From NCBI GenBank assembly GCA_046563655.1, contig CM102290.1, forward strand, positions 10,044,001 through 10,108,000: 64,000 nt of DNA, written 5' to 3'. Source of the stretch: Yuukianura sp. NJ FZ-2021. Taxonomy: Eukaryota. How positions within the stretch are numbered: position 1 is the stretch's first letter; each line of letters begins with the position of its first letter. The position numbers and the translations under genes are program-made. Below, piece by piece: positions 62,301 to 64,000 of the stretch. The notes under the pieces were generated by a model, which saw only the letters and a list, made by a program, of their open reading frames with translations, searched no databases and had not been told where the DNA came from.

Positions 62301-64000
62301 GAGGTGAGAAGTCAAACATGACGTCGATCAAGTCTAAAGTCAAAAATGACTTTGTTCGTTTCTGCAGGGAGTTTTTGCTCAGCAATGGCAATCAGCATCG
62401 CTGGAAGCGATCGGGCAGTCGATTCTGTACATCCCGAAGATTGACGTGGAGCGACGTGTTTTGGAAGCGTGTCTAAGTTGTCCCAATTTCTGGATGTCTG
62501 TAGCCACTCTTTGTGTCCTTCATGAGTCTCATGCTCTATTGCTGTCTTATCCTTATAAAAATGGGCACGTTGGAAGGGTAAGTTTTTTTTTAATTTAAAT
62601 TCTGCTACAAGTTGTTCAAAGTTTTACCGATTTTTTTTCAGCCCCTTTGTTCCAATCATGATGACAGCGAAACTGTGGCTGTTATTCAATGTGCGGAATG
62701 TGGGGATTTGTGTGCCGACTGCGACCGGATTTTACATTTGCCAAAGCGAGTTTGGAATCATGTGCGAAATATTTGCAAGGAGGAAGAGGAGACTATCAAT
62801 GTGGACTTGCACGAAGGATGTGGTCGTATCAAACTGTTTTGGCTCACAGCGATGGCAGACTCTTCGACACTAAAGGTAAATAATCTGAATTCTAAAATTA
62901 TTATTGAGCATTTCGTTTTTTGATGTTGATATTGTCGTTTCTTCGTTTTTAGGCTCTCGTTGAGTTTCGACAGGGAATTCCGAAGGTAAACGAAAGAGAC
63001 GCAAGTCCGATGCAAGCGATGGGGCTTTGTCGTTTCTGCGGTGTGAGTGCCACAACTGGACCTTTAGCGCTTGGAAGAGTTTGTGCTGATCCGGAATGTC
63101 AAGTAATTTTTTTAAAATGATATCCAAAGAAAACTTTTCTTTTAAATTTTTTCTTTACTTAGGAATATGCAAAAGTGGCTTGTGATAAGATTCTGCCTTG
63201 TTCACATCTTTGTGGGGGTGTCAAAGGAGAAGTCAACTGCCTTCCATGTTTGCAGCGTTGTGGAACTGAAGGAGAAGGATATGACAAATTGAGACAAGAT
63301 GGAGAGGACATGTGCATGATTTGTTTTACGGATTCACTGGCCAATGCGCCTGCGCTTCAGGTGAATTAGACAATTTTATATAAAACTAGAATGGTTTTGT
63401 TTTTTACTTGAAAATAATTGAAATATTCTATTTTGTAGTTGAATTGTGGTCATGTTTTTCACTATCACTGTTGCGTTGCCGTTCTACAGCGACGATGGGC
63501 TGGTCCAAGAATTACGTTTACATTTTCGACGTGTCCTGTGTGCAAGGTATTTTTAAATTTCAAAAATGTTCCGTTTTTTTAAGTGGTTTGGAAACTGAGT
63601 GAAGATGAATTTTATTTGCGATTTTGCTAGACTGAAATGAAACACGATCTTTTGAGCGAGCTTTTGGGGCCAATCTTCGAGTTGTCAGCTGATGTACGCA
63701 GAAAGGCGCTGATGCGTCTGGAGTACGAAGGAATGTCCGGCAATGCAGCCATTACGACAATGGGTGGTCAGTACTACCGTAACCCTGGGCTGTATGCCAT
63801 GGATCGATACGCTTATTACTTGTGCTTCAAATGTAAAAAGGTAAGCCGGTTATTGGAATATTGAACTTATTTGTTTGACATATTAATTATAAGTAACTAA
63901 TTAACGAATTAGTAATTAATTGATCTCAATTTTGTTTTAGCCATACTTTGGAGGCGATGCTCGATGTGACGTCGAGATTCAACCGGAGTTTGACCCAGAA
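29362..64000 (+). CDS. MYCBP2: MYCBP2/highwire/RPM-1 giant RING-Cys-relay E3 ubiquitin ligase, many exons, 3'-partial
   Basis: In order: RCC1-like repeats ([42 protein letters not shown]), two PHR domains ([39 protein letters not shown]), ESTHPYKPA, filamin-like [30 protein letters not shown] domain ([14 protein letters not shown]), B-box (CSNHDDSET...CADCDRILH), RING-H2 (CMICFT...CGHVFHYHC...CPVCK) and the tandem-cysteine start ([20 protein letters not shown]). The start codon is inferred; a probable 5'UTR exon ends near 29068. Confidence 0.95.
33708..34085. repeat. Intronic repeat remnant with internal direct repeats
   Basis: TTTTTTGAAATTTTCAAACTGGAC occurs near 33711 and 33871; GGACTTTGTCATTTTTTCACTTT occurs near 33731 and 34057. 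A GGGGACCCT..CCATC motif is shared with a site near 48672. Confidence 0.5.
42141..49305 (-). CDS. Uncharacterised single-pass membrane protein (~783 aa) with a degenerate LRR-like ectodomain, nested antisense in the MYCBP2 intron 39386-53083. Exons 49305-49051, 44510-44312, 44038-42141
   Basis: Hydrophobic leader and Cys-rich cap (C..PECSC...CIC), repeated IxxxAF / LxFxNNxF units, a CNC...C..C..C cap, TM segment [26 protein letters not shown] followed by RRDR, and a Pro/Ser-rich tail. Junctions CAG|GTTCG, TAG|GTG, C|GTAAGT and TTTTCAG|AA are in phase. Confidence 0.82.
45560..46095. repeat. Low-complexity degenerate TATGTTG array in an intron
   Basis: Many copies of ATGTTG/GTATGTT variants with a strong T/G skew. 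The ORFs called here are Cys/Tyr/Met-rich artefacts. Confidence 0.6.
48488..48558 (+). other. tRNA-like fragment (possible SINE head or tRNA pseudogene)
   Basis: An A-box-like AGCCAAGAGG (about 48495) is followed at tRNA-like spacing by a T-arm/B-box-like CAGGGTTCGAGTCTCAG (48533-48549). I could not build a clean cloverleaf. Confidence 0.3.

Overview
Intron-rich eukaryotic DNA, most consistent with an arthropod (typical introns about 55-90 nt with TTTCAG-type acceptors). Seven protein-coding genes are supported: an invertebrate-type dopamine receptor (Dop1R2/DAMB-like, minus strand, 3' end off-window), HECTD2 (minus), an NDRG-family gene (plus), a divergent ALG11-like glycosyltransferase (plus), a HINT hydrolase (minus), and MYCBP2/highwire (plus, runs off the right edge), whose 13.7-kb intron holds an antisense LRR-like transmembrane gene. 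A composite MITE lies between HINT and MYCBP2. The main unexplained signal is a set of about ten long (200-660 nt), imperfect, apparently sequence-unrelated fold-back regions whose mismatches favour G:U pairs on one strand. One folds a 496-nt intron down to about the length of a typical short intron here. Other oddities are a GG instead of AG splice acceptor in the dopamine receptor, loss of ALG11 catalytic motifs, a candidate 12-nt microexon and a mitochondrial-type leader exon on HINT. All alignments and folds were done by eye and need computational confirmation.
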